Numbered from the stretch's first letter, positions 18,748 to 29,108 are shown. The stretch: 64,000 nucleotides of DNA from a virus (IMGVR_UViG_651324045_000004:1-64000), one strand, 5' to 3'. Notes: a model not told the origin generated them from the sequence alone. Numbers and translations are program-made.

Positions 18748-19721
18748 TCAGCCACCAACCCGCAGCGCTTAACGAACGGCACGACAAAAACATCCATATC
18801 GCTGATGATTGACTGGAAACTTAACTGCATACAGATTTGCTTAAATGTTTCCAGGCTTTGCTCACCGCGAATAATCTCCAGCTTCTCCGGGGCGAATTTG
18901 GTGTCGATGAGATCCATCAACTTAATATTCCGCATAAACGCTTCAAGCATCCGACAGCCGGTTTTCTCATTGAAAGCGTTCTTTGCCAGGTTATTCACTG
19001 CCGTTTTGTTGCGACCTTTGTCCATGACAATAGATCCATCGCAAATCCCCTTAACCAGCGTAACAATGGAGCCATACTCGTTAATCAGATCCATCGCGCC
19101 TTTGTCGCCAATACCGCCGACTTGCTGAATGTTGTCCGACTTATCACCCTGCAGCGCTTTACCTTCCAGATAGCCGCGTGGTGTTGGGTAGCCGGTTAAC
19201 TCAGAAAACGCCTCGATATTGATGCGCTTATGCTTAGCATCCTCGCGCAAACTGACCCATGTTACCTTTTCGTCAACCAGCTGAATCCAGTCGGAGTCCG
19301 CGGTTAACAGGTAGATGTGCTCGACGTCTTTCGACGCAACATAACGCTTCTTCAGAATTCCGGCTAAATCGTCAGCTTCACCGTCGATTGCAGTAATCTG
19401 ATCAACACCCAGCGAGGTGATTGCTTTTTTGATGAAGGGCTTTTGGACTGCAAAACCTTCTTTCATCTGTTTCATTTCTGCGTTGTCGTCACGATTGGCT
19501 TTGTAGTCCGGGTAAAACTCGCGACGCTTGTCGCTGAAACCATCCCACAGAACTATTGGTCGAGCCTTCAGAAGCGAAGCATAGCGGCGCATGTTGGTGA
19601 TAAAACCAAACACTGCGTGGGTCTCCATATCGCCGCTATGGAGTTTTTTTGGTTGCTGCTGGTGGTAGTAACCGAGGCTATTTCCGTCGATTATTAAAAT
19701 GTTCACGGCATTGTTCTCCAC
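18744..19721 (-). CDS. 5'-3' exonuclease / flap endonuclease (T4 RNase H / T5 D15-like)
   Basis: PIN-like motifs IIDGNSL, YKANR, EADD, GDKSDNI. H3TH element GIGDKGA. Confidence 0.85.
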   Translation of the reverse strand: MENNAVNILIIDGNSLGYYHQQQPKKLHSGDMETHAVFGFITNMRRYASLLKARPIVLWDGFSDKRREFYPDYKANRDDNAEMKQMKEGFAVQKPFIKKAITSLGVDQITAIDGEADDLAGILKKRYVASKDVEHIYLLTADSDWIQLVDEKVTWVSLREDAKHKRINIEAFSELTGYPTPRGYLEGKALQGDKSDNIQQVGGIGDKGAMDLINEYGSIVTLVKGICDGSIVMDKGRNKTAVNNLAKNAFNEKTGCRMLEAFMRNIKLMDLIDTKFAPEKLEIIRGEQSLETFKQICMQLSFQSIISDMDVFVVPFVKRCGLVAE

Positions 19722-19766
19722 GAATAAATAAGGCGTCCGAAGACGCCTTTAAAATCAACGGCTGGC

Positions 19767-20744
19767 TTACATTGAAAGCGCGTTAAGTTGCGCGTAAATG
19801 TCATCCAGATCTTCGTTTTCCGGCTCAGCTGCTGGCTCGCTTGCTGGCGCTTCTTTTACTTCTTTTACCTCTTTCTCTTCTGGTTCGAATACGGTTTCTT
19901 TCGCGTATTCAACTTCTTTATCCAGTAAAGAGGCTTCGGCAGTTGAGTCATCTACGCCAGTAATGGACATGCCTGGAAGAGATGCAGCTGCTTTGCCGGT
20001 TGGGGTTGGCAGAGCGCCGGCGCTTGAACCCATAGACGCTGGCAGTGCGATTCCGGTCGCGCGAGCAATCATTTTGGAGGTCGCCATCAGTTTTGTCGGA
20101 TCGGTCTGGTTTACAAACTGTTCCAGAGACGGCTGGTTGTCCCAGAACTTAGCCGGAACGGCTGTTTTGTTTTTACGCATCGGTTTGACTTTGTAGTCAG
20201 TATCCAGACCAGATCCGGTGCGAGTAATTTGATACGCGTAACCTTTTTCGCGGCTCAGCGGTTCGCCGATCTCATCGTTCATATCCTGCATAATGGCGTC
20301 CATCAGGTCGTCAAACACGGACATAGGCATATCGATGAGAGAAGTCTTGTCGGTGTCGCTGAAGTCTTCTTTCTGAGACCACATGCCGACAACAGCCATG
20401 CGCGGAGAGGCACGCATATCGTCAATGACTTTTTCCATGGCTTTGTTGCCTTTGTACTTCGCTTTAGCTTCCATAACCATTTCGCACATTTCGCACGGCT
20501 TATCATGGGTATGCTGAAAGCACAGATGAGCGCTGTATACGTCCTTCCCATCTTCGCCTTTAGATTTGGCATAGTGAATGCCGTACTTGTGGGAGAATGG
20601 AATATTGTCAGGGTCGTCTTTGTTCAGGATGATGCGAACGTAGTTTTCGCCTGGTTGCATCTTTTGCAGATCGTTCCCGCGATTGCCGCGTGCGTTTTTC
20701 GCAACTTCTTGGCTTTTCTTCAGAAGGTTCATTAAAGCGGACAT
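19767..20744 (-). CDS. gp32-like single-stranded DNA-binding protein (zinc-binding, acidic C-terminal tail)
   Basis: His-Cys3-type cluster HLCFQHTHDKPCEMCE reminiscent of the T4 gp32 zinc site. Acidic C-terminus EPENEDLDDIYAQLNAL. Conserved RBS present. Confidence 0.6.
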   Translation of the reverse strand: MSALMNLLKKSQEVAKNARGNRGNDLQKMQPGENYVRIILNKDDPDNIPFSHKYGIHYAKSKGEDGKDVYSAHLCFQHTHDKPCEMCEMVMEAKAKYKGNKAMEKVIDDMRASPRMAVVGMWSQKEDFSDTDKTSLIDMPMSVFDDLMDAIMQDMNDEIGEPLSREKGYAYQITRTGSGLDTDYKVKPMRKNKTAVPAKFWDNQPSLEQFVNQTDPTKLMATSKMIARATGIALPASMGSSAGALPTPTGKAAASLPGMSITGVDDSTAEASLLDKEVEYAKETVFEPEEKEVKEVKEAPASEPAAEPENEDLDDIYAQLNALSM

Positions 20745-20810
20745 GTGTTTTCCTTTATTGTTAATGGCTTTTATTGCACTTGGTTATGATAGATAAGCGA
20801 TCACTTATTA

Positions 20811-21251
20811 TCAAGATACATTTTTAGGGGCGTTAAATCGTTCAACACCTGTTCTTTCGTATTCGGAAATTGCCTTTTTAGACGCCTGAACGATCATGTC
20901 TCGACGGTGTCCGAGTGCGTTTACAACCTGCTTGTAAAACTCAGCGAGATACTTCGCGTCATCGTACTTTTGGCGAGCCGAAAGATACGCCGGAGACGAC
21001 TTTATTTTGGCTTCAATCGTCGATTCGCTGATCTTCACACCGTCGAAACTCAGACCGGCACGCGTCGTCGAATAGAGACGTGCTTCGATGGATTCTAAAT
21101 CTCGCTTTGCAGCATTCGCGGCGCTTTCAGCCTCAACCTGTTTAAAACCATAAATGGCGACAAGCTCCGGCTGACGACGCCAGACAGCGTCCAAATCATG
21201 CGTATCAAGCCTGATGTCATCCATCACTTCTTTGATGATCGCCTTATCCAT
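20811..21251 (-). CDS. hypothetical protein
   Basis: 146-aa ORF whose start codon overlaps the stop of the small membrane ORF upstream (TAATG). Confidence 0.5.
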   Translation of the reverse strand: MDKAIIKEVMDDIRLDTHDLDAVWRRQPELVAIYGFKQVEAESAANAAKRDLESIEARLYSTTRAGLSFDGVKISESTIEAKIKSSPAYLSARQKYDDAKYLAEFYKQVVNALGHRRDMIVQASKKAISEYERTGVERFNAPKNVS

Positions 21252-21415
21252 TACCAGCTCCAGAAAGCGCTAACAAACAGTCCAATCGGCCAGAAGATGC
21301 AGCCGATTATCTTCAGCTCAACATCACCGCAACTCGCCGCTTCAGACCAGATTTTCGCGAAACCGATGCCAGCGATTAAGTAGGCTAAAACGAACATTGG
21401 AATGGTTAAATCCAT
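21251..21415 (-). CDS. small hydrophobic membrane protein (54 aa, below the ORF-track cutoff)
   Basis: My own translation: MDLTIPMFVLAYLIAGIGFAKIWSEAASCGDVELKIIGCIFWPIGLFVSAFWSW. Stop/start overlap with the downstream gene. Confidence 0.35.
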   Translation of the reverse strand: MDLTIPMFVLAYLIAGIGFAKIWSEAASCGDVELKIIGCIFWPIGLFVSAFWSW

Positions 21416-21460
21416 AGTAAATCCTTACTTATCTTTGAGCTTAAATATTAACACGAACAA

Positions 21461-21883
21461 TTAGGCTACGTACATTTCTGCCAGCGTTCTTTTTCCGACT
21501 CCCCGCCCGGTAATGGCTATACGCTGAGCACGCTGGAGACGGTAGTCTTTGACGCTGGCCGCTTTACCTACCTCGACAAATTCCTCCGCAACCTTTGATA
21601 TCAGTCGGTCTCGATAAGCCTCAAACTCAGCAAGATGTTTTTTGACATTGCTTGATTTAGCTATCACAGCGACATAATCTCGAACCATCGGGTCGCGCAC
21701 GCGCTTCAGAATTATCTTTGCTGCGCTACGTGCTGCGCTATTCGCTCGGCGCCCATCAAGCTCCGCCTGCCGCATAGCGAGACGAATGGTGACGGGACAG
21801 TCTGCGAACTCCCAGAATGCTGACTTATTTAGAGCGATAATGGCCTTATCGATATACTCCTGTGACACTGTAACCTCGCTCAT
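21461..21883 (-). CDS. hypothetical protein
   Basis: 140-aa ORF. Its start overlaps the stop of the dnaE C-terminal part. Confidence 0.5.
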   Translation of the reverse strand: MSEVTVSQEYIDKAIIALNKSAFWEFADCPVTIRLAMRQAELDGRRANSAARSAAKIILKRVRDPMVRDYVAVIAKSSNVKKHLAEFEAYRDRLISKVAEEFVEVGKAASVKDYRLQRAQRIAITGRGVGKRTLAEMYVA

Positions 21884-23042
21884 GACAATGCTTCCTTAAT
21901 GTCTTCCATAATAAGTTCCAATTTCTCACCTTCTTCCGGTCTGAAGTGAAGTATGCCCGGATTGAATCCGTAAAACACGGTCAAGTCCATTGCGCCAAAG
22001 TATTCCTTGCGTCCGACCAAATCCGTTGCCTTGGTTTTGTCGTTGAAGAGACTGGCCGATAGGCGACCACACGTCAGGACGTAGGTTGGTTTAACCAGCT
22101 CAAGCTCTTTCTTCATAAACTCGATGTAGGTGTTCTCTGCGTCGCGGGACAGTGGCAACTTCTTATCTTGCTTAATGACGCCGGTAACGTACACCTCGCT
22201 CATGCGCAGATCGCCATTAACGAGCATTTTCGCCTTAAAATCTTCGTAGCCGTTCTCCATGAAGATCCCCGTCCTGATATCGTTGCCGTTTGCTGTGTCG
22301 AGGATAATCATTATTTTTGGCGATACGCCGATATGCGGAGTAACCAGATCTTCGCCCACCCCGACCTCTTTACGCAGCTCTTCCATCAACATCGATACTT
22401 CTGCCTGGCGTTTCGGATTCATCTCGAACGGGCGACTCACTTTTACCGCATCGATAATGAGGCTTCCCATCAGCTCTGATTGAGCCTTGCGGCGGGATTC
22501 CGCCATCGCTGGTTCGCTGCCAGGCTCAATACTGGCAAATGCACCAACGGCGTCCAGCGCTTCCTGTACACGGATATTGCACAGTCTGGCTTCGATCGCC
22601 TCTTTGAATTGTGCTCTGGACTCAAACTTACCACCTACACGCTCGCGAGCACGCATAATGGCTAAGCTGCCTTTTTCAGAACAACCTTTGACAGCTGAGA
22701 AGGGGGCATATAGCGCCGCCCGGCCATCCTTCAGTTCGACTATTTCGATGCGGTCAGTTGAGAGATTGATGTCTGGCGGCATCACGATAACGCCGCGTGC
22801 CAGTGCATCCTTTACAACAGCTCGGTGTTTTTCATCATCCTGAATTGTCAGTGCGGCGGCGAAGAATGCAGCCGGATGGTGAGTCTTCAGATACATTGCC
22901 TGGTAGCTGATTGCGGTATAGGCCACGGCGTGTGATTTGTTAAAGCCATACGACCCGAATTTCTCGAAAGCATCCCAGACCTCTTTTGCTTTTGATTCGC
23001 TGAGTCCGGGCTTCTCTGAGATGATTTTAGTAATCTTCATGT
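21880..23042 (-). CDS. dnaE: DNA polymerase III alpha (DnaE-type) C-terminal part, encoded as a separate gene
   Basis: GSYGFNKSHAVAYTAISYQAMYLKTHHPAAFFAA (DnaE fingers/HhH region) and an OB-like tail. Its own conserved RBS CATGTGTTTTCCTTTG is at 23040, so the start is MKITKIISEK, not the ORF-track start at 23100. Confidence 0.8.
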
Positions 23043-23110
23043 GTTTTCCTTTGTCATTAAACAAGTTGTTTTCAGAAACTAAAAAACAACTTGTTTTCAC
23101 ATTTTACTTA

Positions 23111-25483
23111 TTACTTAGAGGTGTCAAATTCAATAATGTCGGCATCTTCTTTCATGGCTTGCTCGACAGTGCGCTTCTTACCATCAGAGCACGGATGAAG
23201 CGCGGCGCGATGAACAGTGACAATCTGGCCGTCGTCAGTCTGGACTTCCAACCAACCAAGCTGCGCACGATCTGAAAAGTCGGCGCCAATCTTTTTCATC
23301 TTCTCGATGTCTTTTTTACCAATCGCCTTCCTTACCATATCTGCTTCCGACAGAGAGAAGCCGGCGAGGATCTGCGACGCTTTCATGATTTGTTCCTGAT
23401 AGACCAAAACCCCGTTGGTTTCTTTGGTCAATTCGTCAAGGCTTGGGTGAAGTGAGTGAGCGTCCTCATAACCACGCGCAACGCTGACGTAGGTGTCCAT
23501 CATGCCGGACTGCATTGGGCCTGGGCGATATAGCGCGGTAGTTGCGACGGCCATTTCAAACGACATTGGTTTGATGCCGCTTCCAAGGTTTTTAAGCAGG
23601 TTTCTCATGCCGCCAGACTCGAACTGGAACACGCCAGTTGTTTCACCCAACGCCATACCCTCAAGGACGCGTTTATCATCGAGAGGGATTGCGTCGAGGT
23701 TAACGTCGATCCCCTCGTTCTCTTTGATGTAGCGTTTAGCGAGAGCCAGTAGATCGAGCGTAGCCAGCCCTAACACGTCCAGCTTGATAAGCCCCATTGA
23801 TTCACAGAAACGCTTGTCAAACGCGATACAGCGCACCCCGTTGCGTAACTCGACTGGTGTTCGCTCAGTCAGTGGTACGCCAGAAACGATGACACCCGCG
23901 GCGTGCTTACCATAGCTGCGCATCAGTGACTGGAGTTTGCACGCGGCGTCGAATGCTTCCGGGTTTGCTTTCGCGTATTTGTCGAGGGCGCCCAGCTGCT
24001 CGCGCGTCTCTTCGAGAGTTAATCCCTCATCATCGAATGGCTTCAGCTGCTTAGATACCGCCATATCTTCCGTTGACACGCCGTAGATACGCGCTGTGTC
24101 TCGGAGTGCCGACGCCATACCCAGATAAGAGAAGTTAGGAATGCCGGCCACGTATTTTTCGCCGTAGTGCTCTTCGAGATATTCAAGTACCCGAGGTCGT
24201 TGCGCCTGACTGAAGTCCAGATCCGCGTCAGGCAAGTCCAGACGTTCAGGGTTGATGAAACGCTCAAACAGGAGACCGTGGCGTAGCGGGTCGATGTTGG
24301 TGATCCCAATCGCCCACGCAACAAGTGAACCGGCGGACGATCCGCGACCCGGCCCGACCGGGATATCCTGTTTACGCGCCCATGACAGTAGATTTTCAAC
24401 CATCAGGAAGTAGCCGCAAAATCCCAGCTTTTTCAGAACACTCAACTCATAACGTAAACGGTTGATGTAAACCTGATACTGCTCTGCTGGTGGCTTCCAA
24501 CCAAATTCAAGCGTTGTTAAACGACGCTTCAATCCTTCTGCCGCCATTCGCGTCAACGTATCACCCTCATCTTCCGCCATAACTGGCAGACTGACCGGCA
24601 TCTCATGCCAGCGCCAGCTGCACGCCGCAATGATTTCGTCCTGAGTCTCGTTAACCATCGCGGAACTAATACCCTCGATACCCATGCGTTTCGAGAATTC
24701 CATCAAGCGAACCAGCAAATGCTTGCGGTTCTGGATAGAGTTGTCGCGCTGGTGTGGGATGTGAAAACGATATGGCTGATCCGTTTTGATGTTATTGATA
24801 ACCATATGCGCAATGTCGCGCAGGTCTGCGTCCTCTTCTTTCTCGTAATAAGCTGGATAGAACGCAACAGGGGCGATTTTAAGCGCATTAGCCACCTTCA
24901 TCGCCTTCATGTTCAACTGATCGTAGAGAGGCGTAGCAATCGGATACACAACGCTGTAGAAGTTGTCACGCCCACCAACCTCCAGCAATTTAGTCAGGAT
25001 TTTAACGAAGTCCTGCCGATGAAATATGCTATCGCGATCAGACGTCAGTAGAAGGATGTTGCCCTTTGAATACGTTTCGGCCAGCTGCTCCAACGAGATG
25101 CGCGGGAAAAAGTGAAACTGCTCGCGGCGGTTGCCCAACGTCATCAGCTCACAGAGATCTTTGTATCCTTCATCGTTCTTTATCAGCGCGGTGAAGCTGT
25201 ACAGGCGCCCAAGTTTGCATACCGGGATCTCTGAACCTTCCTCTTTGGCTTTTCTGACCGCTGCTTCATAAAAAGGATTGTCACTAATGACCAGACGGAC
25301 GCCGCAAATAACAGCCAGGTCATCGCCAGCCGACTGCTGCAGCGGGATGATTGAAGCCAGACTCATTGTGTCTGCGCTGATAATGGCTGAATAACCTAAC
25401 TCTTTCGCAGCCTTCGCTACGCGGCTTGCTTTCAGCGCCGATTCACCAAGAGAAAAATCGGTGCGTACCATTAATGCCTTCAT
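23111..25483 (-). CDS. dnaE: DNA polymerase III alpha (DnaE-type) N-terminal part: PHP domain plus palm/thumb/fingers
   Basis: PHP N-terminus (MKALMVRTDFSLGESAL), polymerase core (GFCGYFLMVENLLSWARKQDIPVGPGRGSSAGSLVAWAIGIT). It ends with TAA 65 bp before the C-terminal part. Confidence 0.85.
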   Translation of the reverse strand: MKALMVRTDFSLGESALKASRVAKAAKELGYSAIISADTMSLASIIPLQQSAGDDLAVICGVRLVISDNPFYEAAVRKAKEEGSEIPVCKLGRLYSFTALIKNDEGYKDLCELMTLGNRREQFHFFPRISLEQLAETYSKGNILLLTSDRDSIFHRQDFVKILTKLLEVGGRDNFYSVVYPIATPLYDQLNMKAMKVANALKIAPVAFYPAYYEKEEDADLRDIAHMVINNIKTDQPYRFHIPHQRDNSIQNRKHLLVRLMEFSKRMGIEGISSAMVNETQDEIIAACSWRWHEMPVSLPVMAEDEGDTLTRMAAEGLKRRLTTLEFGWKPPAEQYQVYINRLRYELSVLKKLGFCGYFLMVENLLSWARKQDIPVGPGRGSSAGSLVAWAIGITNIDPLRHGLLFERFINPERLDLPDADLDFSQAQRPRVLEYLEEHYGEKYVAGIPNFSYLGMASALRDTARIYGVSTEDMAVSKQLKPFDDEGLTLEETREQLGALDKYAKANPEAFDAACKLQSLMRSYGKHAAGVIVSGVPLTERTPVELRNGVRCIAFDKRFCESMGLIKLDVLGLATLDLLALAKRYIKENEGIDVNLDAIPLDDKRVLEGMALGETTGVFQFESGGMRNLLKNLGSGIKPMSFEMAVATTALYRPGPMQSGMMDTYVSVARGYEDAHSLHPSLDELTKETNGVLVYQEQIMKASQILAGFSLSEADMVRKAIGKKDIEKMKKIGADFSDRAQLGWLEVQTDDGQIVTVHRAALHPCSDGKKRTVEQAMKEDADIIEFDTSK

Positions 25484-25674
25484 GTGCTTTCCTTCGTGGT
25501 TCTTTTTTTATTTTTAACGCTGTCAATCGGGAATCCGATAAACTTCCCAAACATAGCCTCAATGTTTTTACGGGCTTCATCATGACAGCGAGATCTGTCA
25601 CCACATCGGGCGCAGATCTCGCTTTTTTCTGAGGCTGTCAATGCTGAGCCAAAGCAACCTTTATTCATCACCAA
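25480..25674 (-). CDS. small Cys-containing hypothetical protein
   Basis: 64-aa ORF (CARCGDRSRCH). Its stop overlaps the dnaE start. Confidence 0.3.
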   Translation of the reverse strand: MVMNKGCFGSALTASEKSEICARCGDRSRCHDEARKNIEAMFGKFIGFPIDSVKNKKRTTKEST

Positions 25675-26911
25675 AGACGCGCTGCGCTATCTCGGTTGCG
25701 GATACCGCACTGGTGGACGGTAATTTATTGATGAAAGACTTCGTAACGCCTTTCTTGAAGTTTTTGTGCGCCATCCCGATCATTGCTGCATTGCGCAGTT
25801 CACGCGGCCCGATGGGTTGGCTAATATTTCCTGCCTCATACCCGCTACGGATTCGGGTTGCGAAATCGATAAGCATGGTTGCGTACACTTTCGGCAAACC
25901 CATTTTCTCAAGCATCGCGGACTCATGAGACCTATCCATGTACTTGACGTGTGAGACGATACCGAAACGAGAGAAGTTCGCTGCGTTCTGGATATTCGTA
26001 CCCTGGTACAATCCAGTTTCATCACCGGAGCCATTGGTGTTGCCGGTTCCGATGAAAGCGAATCGTTTATGTGGCTCGACGTAGCGCCACTCCGGGGTTG
26101 CTTCTTTGATGATCAGTGGTTCACCTTCCAGCACTGGCTGGTAAACGCCAAGGATTTGCGGGAATGCGAAATCATATTCATCGGCCAGATAAACCCACCC
26201 GTTACGCATTGCACTTGCCAGAAGACCTGGCTCGAAATAAGTTGCACCACCACGCACAAGAATCTGGCCGCAGATGTGCGACTCTTCAGTGGACGCGGTG
26301 TGCTGCGCACGGATGATCGGTCGGTTTAGTCGAGCGCAAAGCTGAGTTGGTAGCGTACTCTTGCCGGTTCCTGCGTGACCCCACAGATATCCAGGGATAC
26401 GCATCTCGATCATCATAAGCACGTCTTTAAGCAGCTCGATGTCGCCGAACACATAGTCAGGGTTTACTTTTGGCACAAACTCCGGGAATGGCTTATTGAT
26501 GTTTACGGTGATGCGCAGCGGCTCGCCAGATGCCGTCTTCAGTAAGTCAGCATCGAGACCGAGTATTTCATGTACTGCGACCTTTTCGACCATATAGTCT
26601 TCGAAGCCGGCGTACCCAACGTGAACTGCAGCCGGTTCTTCTTTCTTTTTGGCCTGATGTTCTTTTAGACGTTTGGCGGCAGCGGCGGACATAGTCGGCG
26701 CTTCAGGAAATGCAGCAACATAGATTTTCATCAATTCATTAGGCGTCTTGTCTTCGTGTTCTTTCGGGATGCCAGAGCATTTTTTGCCAATAAAATGAGA
26801 ACCGACATGATGGGTCTCGCCGCCACACCATTTGCACGAAATAGGCGTTTCTTCGATCTCGCGAGATTTTTCTTGTTCAGCGACTGTTTTGTTCTGCATT
26901 TCGACCGACAT
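25661..26911 (-). CDS. CobS-like AAA+ (MoxR-family) ATPase
   Basis: Walker A GHAGTGKST, Walker B VYLADEYDF, and an N-terminal CxxC/HH zinc-like segment. Paired with the downstream vWA protein. Confidence 0.75.
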   Translation of the reverse strand: MSVEMQNKTVAEQEKSREIEETPISCKWCGGETHHVGSHFIGKKCSGIPKEHEDKTPNELMKIYVAAFPEAPTMSAAAAKRLKEHQAKKKEEPAAVHVGYAGFEDYMVEKVAVHEILGLDADLLKTASGEPLRITVNINKPFPEFVPKVNPDYVFGDIELLKDVLMMIEMRIPGYLWGHAGTGKSTLPTQLCARLNRPIIRAQHTASTEESHICGQILVRGGATYFEPGLLASAMRNGWVYLADEYDFAFPQILGVYQPVLEGEPLIIKEATPEWRYVEPHKRFAFIGTGNTNGSGDETGLYQGTNIQNAANFSRFGIVSHVKYMDRSHESAMLEKMGLPKVYATMLIDFATRIRSGYEAGNISQPIGPRELRNAAMIGMAHKNFKKGVTKSFINKLPSTSAVSATEIAQRVFGDE

Positions 26912-27009
26912 GTGTTTTCCTTTTGAAGTAGTTCTGATGTGTCAATGATACTTATATATAACAGGCAAGGAAATAAGTATTTACTTATCATCCTTGCCCA
27001 AAAAAACGG

Positions 27010-29022
27010 CTACGAAAGTAGGCGTTGCATTTGCTTGATGAGCGTTTCGGCTAAATCACCAACATTGTTCAGACAGATGTTGTCGCGGTAGAAGTGACGC
27101 GGAGCGTCTGTCAAAATCCCGATCCCCAGAAGATGGATATCGGTATCCTGCTCAATCTGTTTTGTGACCATTTTCAGGTGGCCAGTCAAACCACGCCCCT
27201 GAGCCGCTGGACTTCCGTCACTAAGCACAATCATGATTTTGCGATCTTCCTGGCGGCCAGAGAAATGTTGAAGCAAGGCCAGTATGCTTTCTCCATCGAT
27301 ATTTTCAGCCAGTATCATCGTACCTGCGAGAGCGCCAAGGTTGCATATCGTTTGTTTGCTGGATATCGGCGTCTCCCACCCCTTGATAATTGGCAGAAAA
27401 AGCGCTTCAGAGCGGTTAAACTCGGACTTCCCAGGCATCGCCAGAGAAGATGTTGTGAAGCCGGTTATCATAGTTTTCACGTTGATACGCGCCAATGCAT
27501 CCGCCAGTGTGTAGGCTGCTGCACAAGCTGTCTTGATTTTTTGCCCTCTCATGGAGCCAGACATATCAATAACAATCTGCACGCATGAGTTGACCGCGCG
27601 TTTGACCTCCAGCTTGCGAAAAACTCGGTCATCATCGACGGACAGGCGATACAGACTTGGGCCATGCAGTCGGCCGCGACGCTGACCTGGGACAAACTGA
27701 TTGCGGTTCTGGCTGGCTATCGTTCGCTCAAGATCTTTAGCGAGTGTCGCGACGATGTCATCGCCAATTAGAGGCTTAATATTCTTATTGAAGACGGCCT
27801 CATGTTTTGGGATCACCATGTAGTTATCAGCGTCACCGTACATGTGGAACCCTTTCGGCGAAGTGGCCAGAACGTTTCTGAAGAACTCCGATGCGTGCTC
27901 AAGCCTCCCCATAAAGTCGTAAGTGCGCTCATACGGACGATAGCCGGTCGACAATTCGGATTCGCTGGAAATAATCATCTTCATTGCCCCTTCCATAGAC
28001 ATATCCATGGCGCCTTTTGGTAGTTTGGTCGACTCCAGCTTTTCCAGATCGCCTTTTGTTGGTTTGGGAATATCACCCGTTCCGCTTTCTGCATCGCTCG
28101 GTTCGTCCCCGATACCATCTGACTTTTTGTCTTCTTCGGATTCAGCAGAACCGCCATCTCCTGCATCGGCCGATGCAGCTTCACTTCCTTCGCTCTCGGA
28201 TGATTCCGGGGAACCATTTTCCTCCCCATCTCCAGGTGCGTCTGATTGTTCTTGCTCGTCAGACTCATCATGCCAGGGCAGATCGCTGCCACTACCACAA
28301 TCGTCTTCGGACGGTTCGCTTGACGATTTCCCTTTTCCTTTTTCTTTGCTATCTGAACCGTCAGGTTCTTTGCTTTCCATTGGCTTGTCGACCAGCAGTC
28401 GGACAATTAGCGCGGCCACTGCCACACTGTCGCTCGTGCTGCTTATTTTGGGGATCATCTTATCGACACCATGTTTAATCAGGATTGATACCGGCTCTTT
28501 AACGCTTTCCCAGCGGTCTTCCATGTAGTCGATGAACGGCGTTTGATCATTCCAAGCACGCAGCACGGGAACCAGATAGAACTCCATAAACATGCGGGTC
28601 TGATCGCCCAGCTTTTCAGCAATGGCCTCCATTTCTTTAGGAATGAAAACCGTATCGATGACATGCTTTTGTGTGTTGATGAGGTTTGCTCTGGAGCCTT
28701 TGAACATCTCCCCCATTTTTCGCTCAATGAAGGTGTCTTCTACGGCGTTCCAGACGAAGCTGGTGGCTTTCGTACTGTCTGTGAAAAGGACGTGAGCGAC
28801 TTCGTGATCGATGAATCCGCGTACCGCCATCAGGAACTTGTCGCTGGCGTCGTCGGGTATTGATGGTATGCAGATGCAGAGAGGTTCGCCGGCTTTGTTG
28901 TATTCAACATATGCCTTATCTCCACGTTCTATGACGGGGATGTTGCGTGCTACCAGCATTGAAACGACGTTTTTAATCGCCTCGCGAAACTTAGTGATAT
29001 CTTTAACTGAAGTCTTTTTCAT
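27010..29022 (-). CDS. CobT-like protein with a central poly-acidic S/E/D-rich region and a C-terminal von Willebrand A domain
   Basis: MIDAS motif QIVIDMSGSM. A roughly 100-aa acidic low-complexity segment. It is the partner of the CobS-like ATPase. Confidence 0.7.
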   Translation of the reverse strand: MKKTSVKDITKFREAIKNVVSMLVARNIPVIERGDKAYVEYNKAGEPLCICIPSIPDDASDKFLMAVRGFIDHEVAHVLFTDSTKATSFVWNAVEDTFIERKMGEMFKGSRANLINTQKHVIDTVFIPKEMEAIAEKLGDQTRMFMEFYLVPVLRAWNDQTPFIDYMEDRWESVKEPVSILIKHGVDKMIPKISSTSDSVAVAALIVRLLVDKPMESKEPDGSDSKEKGKGKSSSEPSEDDCGSGSDLPWHDESDEQEQSDAPGDGEENGSPESSESEGSEAASADAGDGGSAESEEDKKSDGIGDEPSDAESGTGDIPKPTKGDLEKLESTKLPKGAMDMSMEGAMKMIISSESELSTGYRPYERTYDFMGRLEHASEFFRNVLATSPKGFHMYGDADNYMVIPKHEAVFNKNIKPLIGDDIVATLAKDLERTIASQNRNQFVPGQRRGRLHGPSLYRLSVDDDRVFRKLEVKRAVNSCVQIVIDMSGSMRGQKIKTACAAAYTLADALARINVKTMITGFTTSSLAMPGKSEFNRSEALFLPIIKGWETPISSKQTICNLGALAGTMILAENIDGESILALLQHFSGRQEDRKIMIVLSDGSPAAQGRGLTGHLKMVTKQIEQDTDIHLLGIGILTDAPRHFYRDNICLNNVGDLAETLIKQMQRLLS

Positions 29023-29108
29023 GACATACCCATAAATAAATGCTTATTATTTATGGGTATGATAATCACAATCAATGAAAGTATAAAGCCAAAAAGGAAG
29101 GGTAAATC

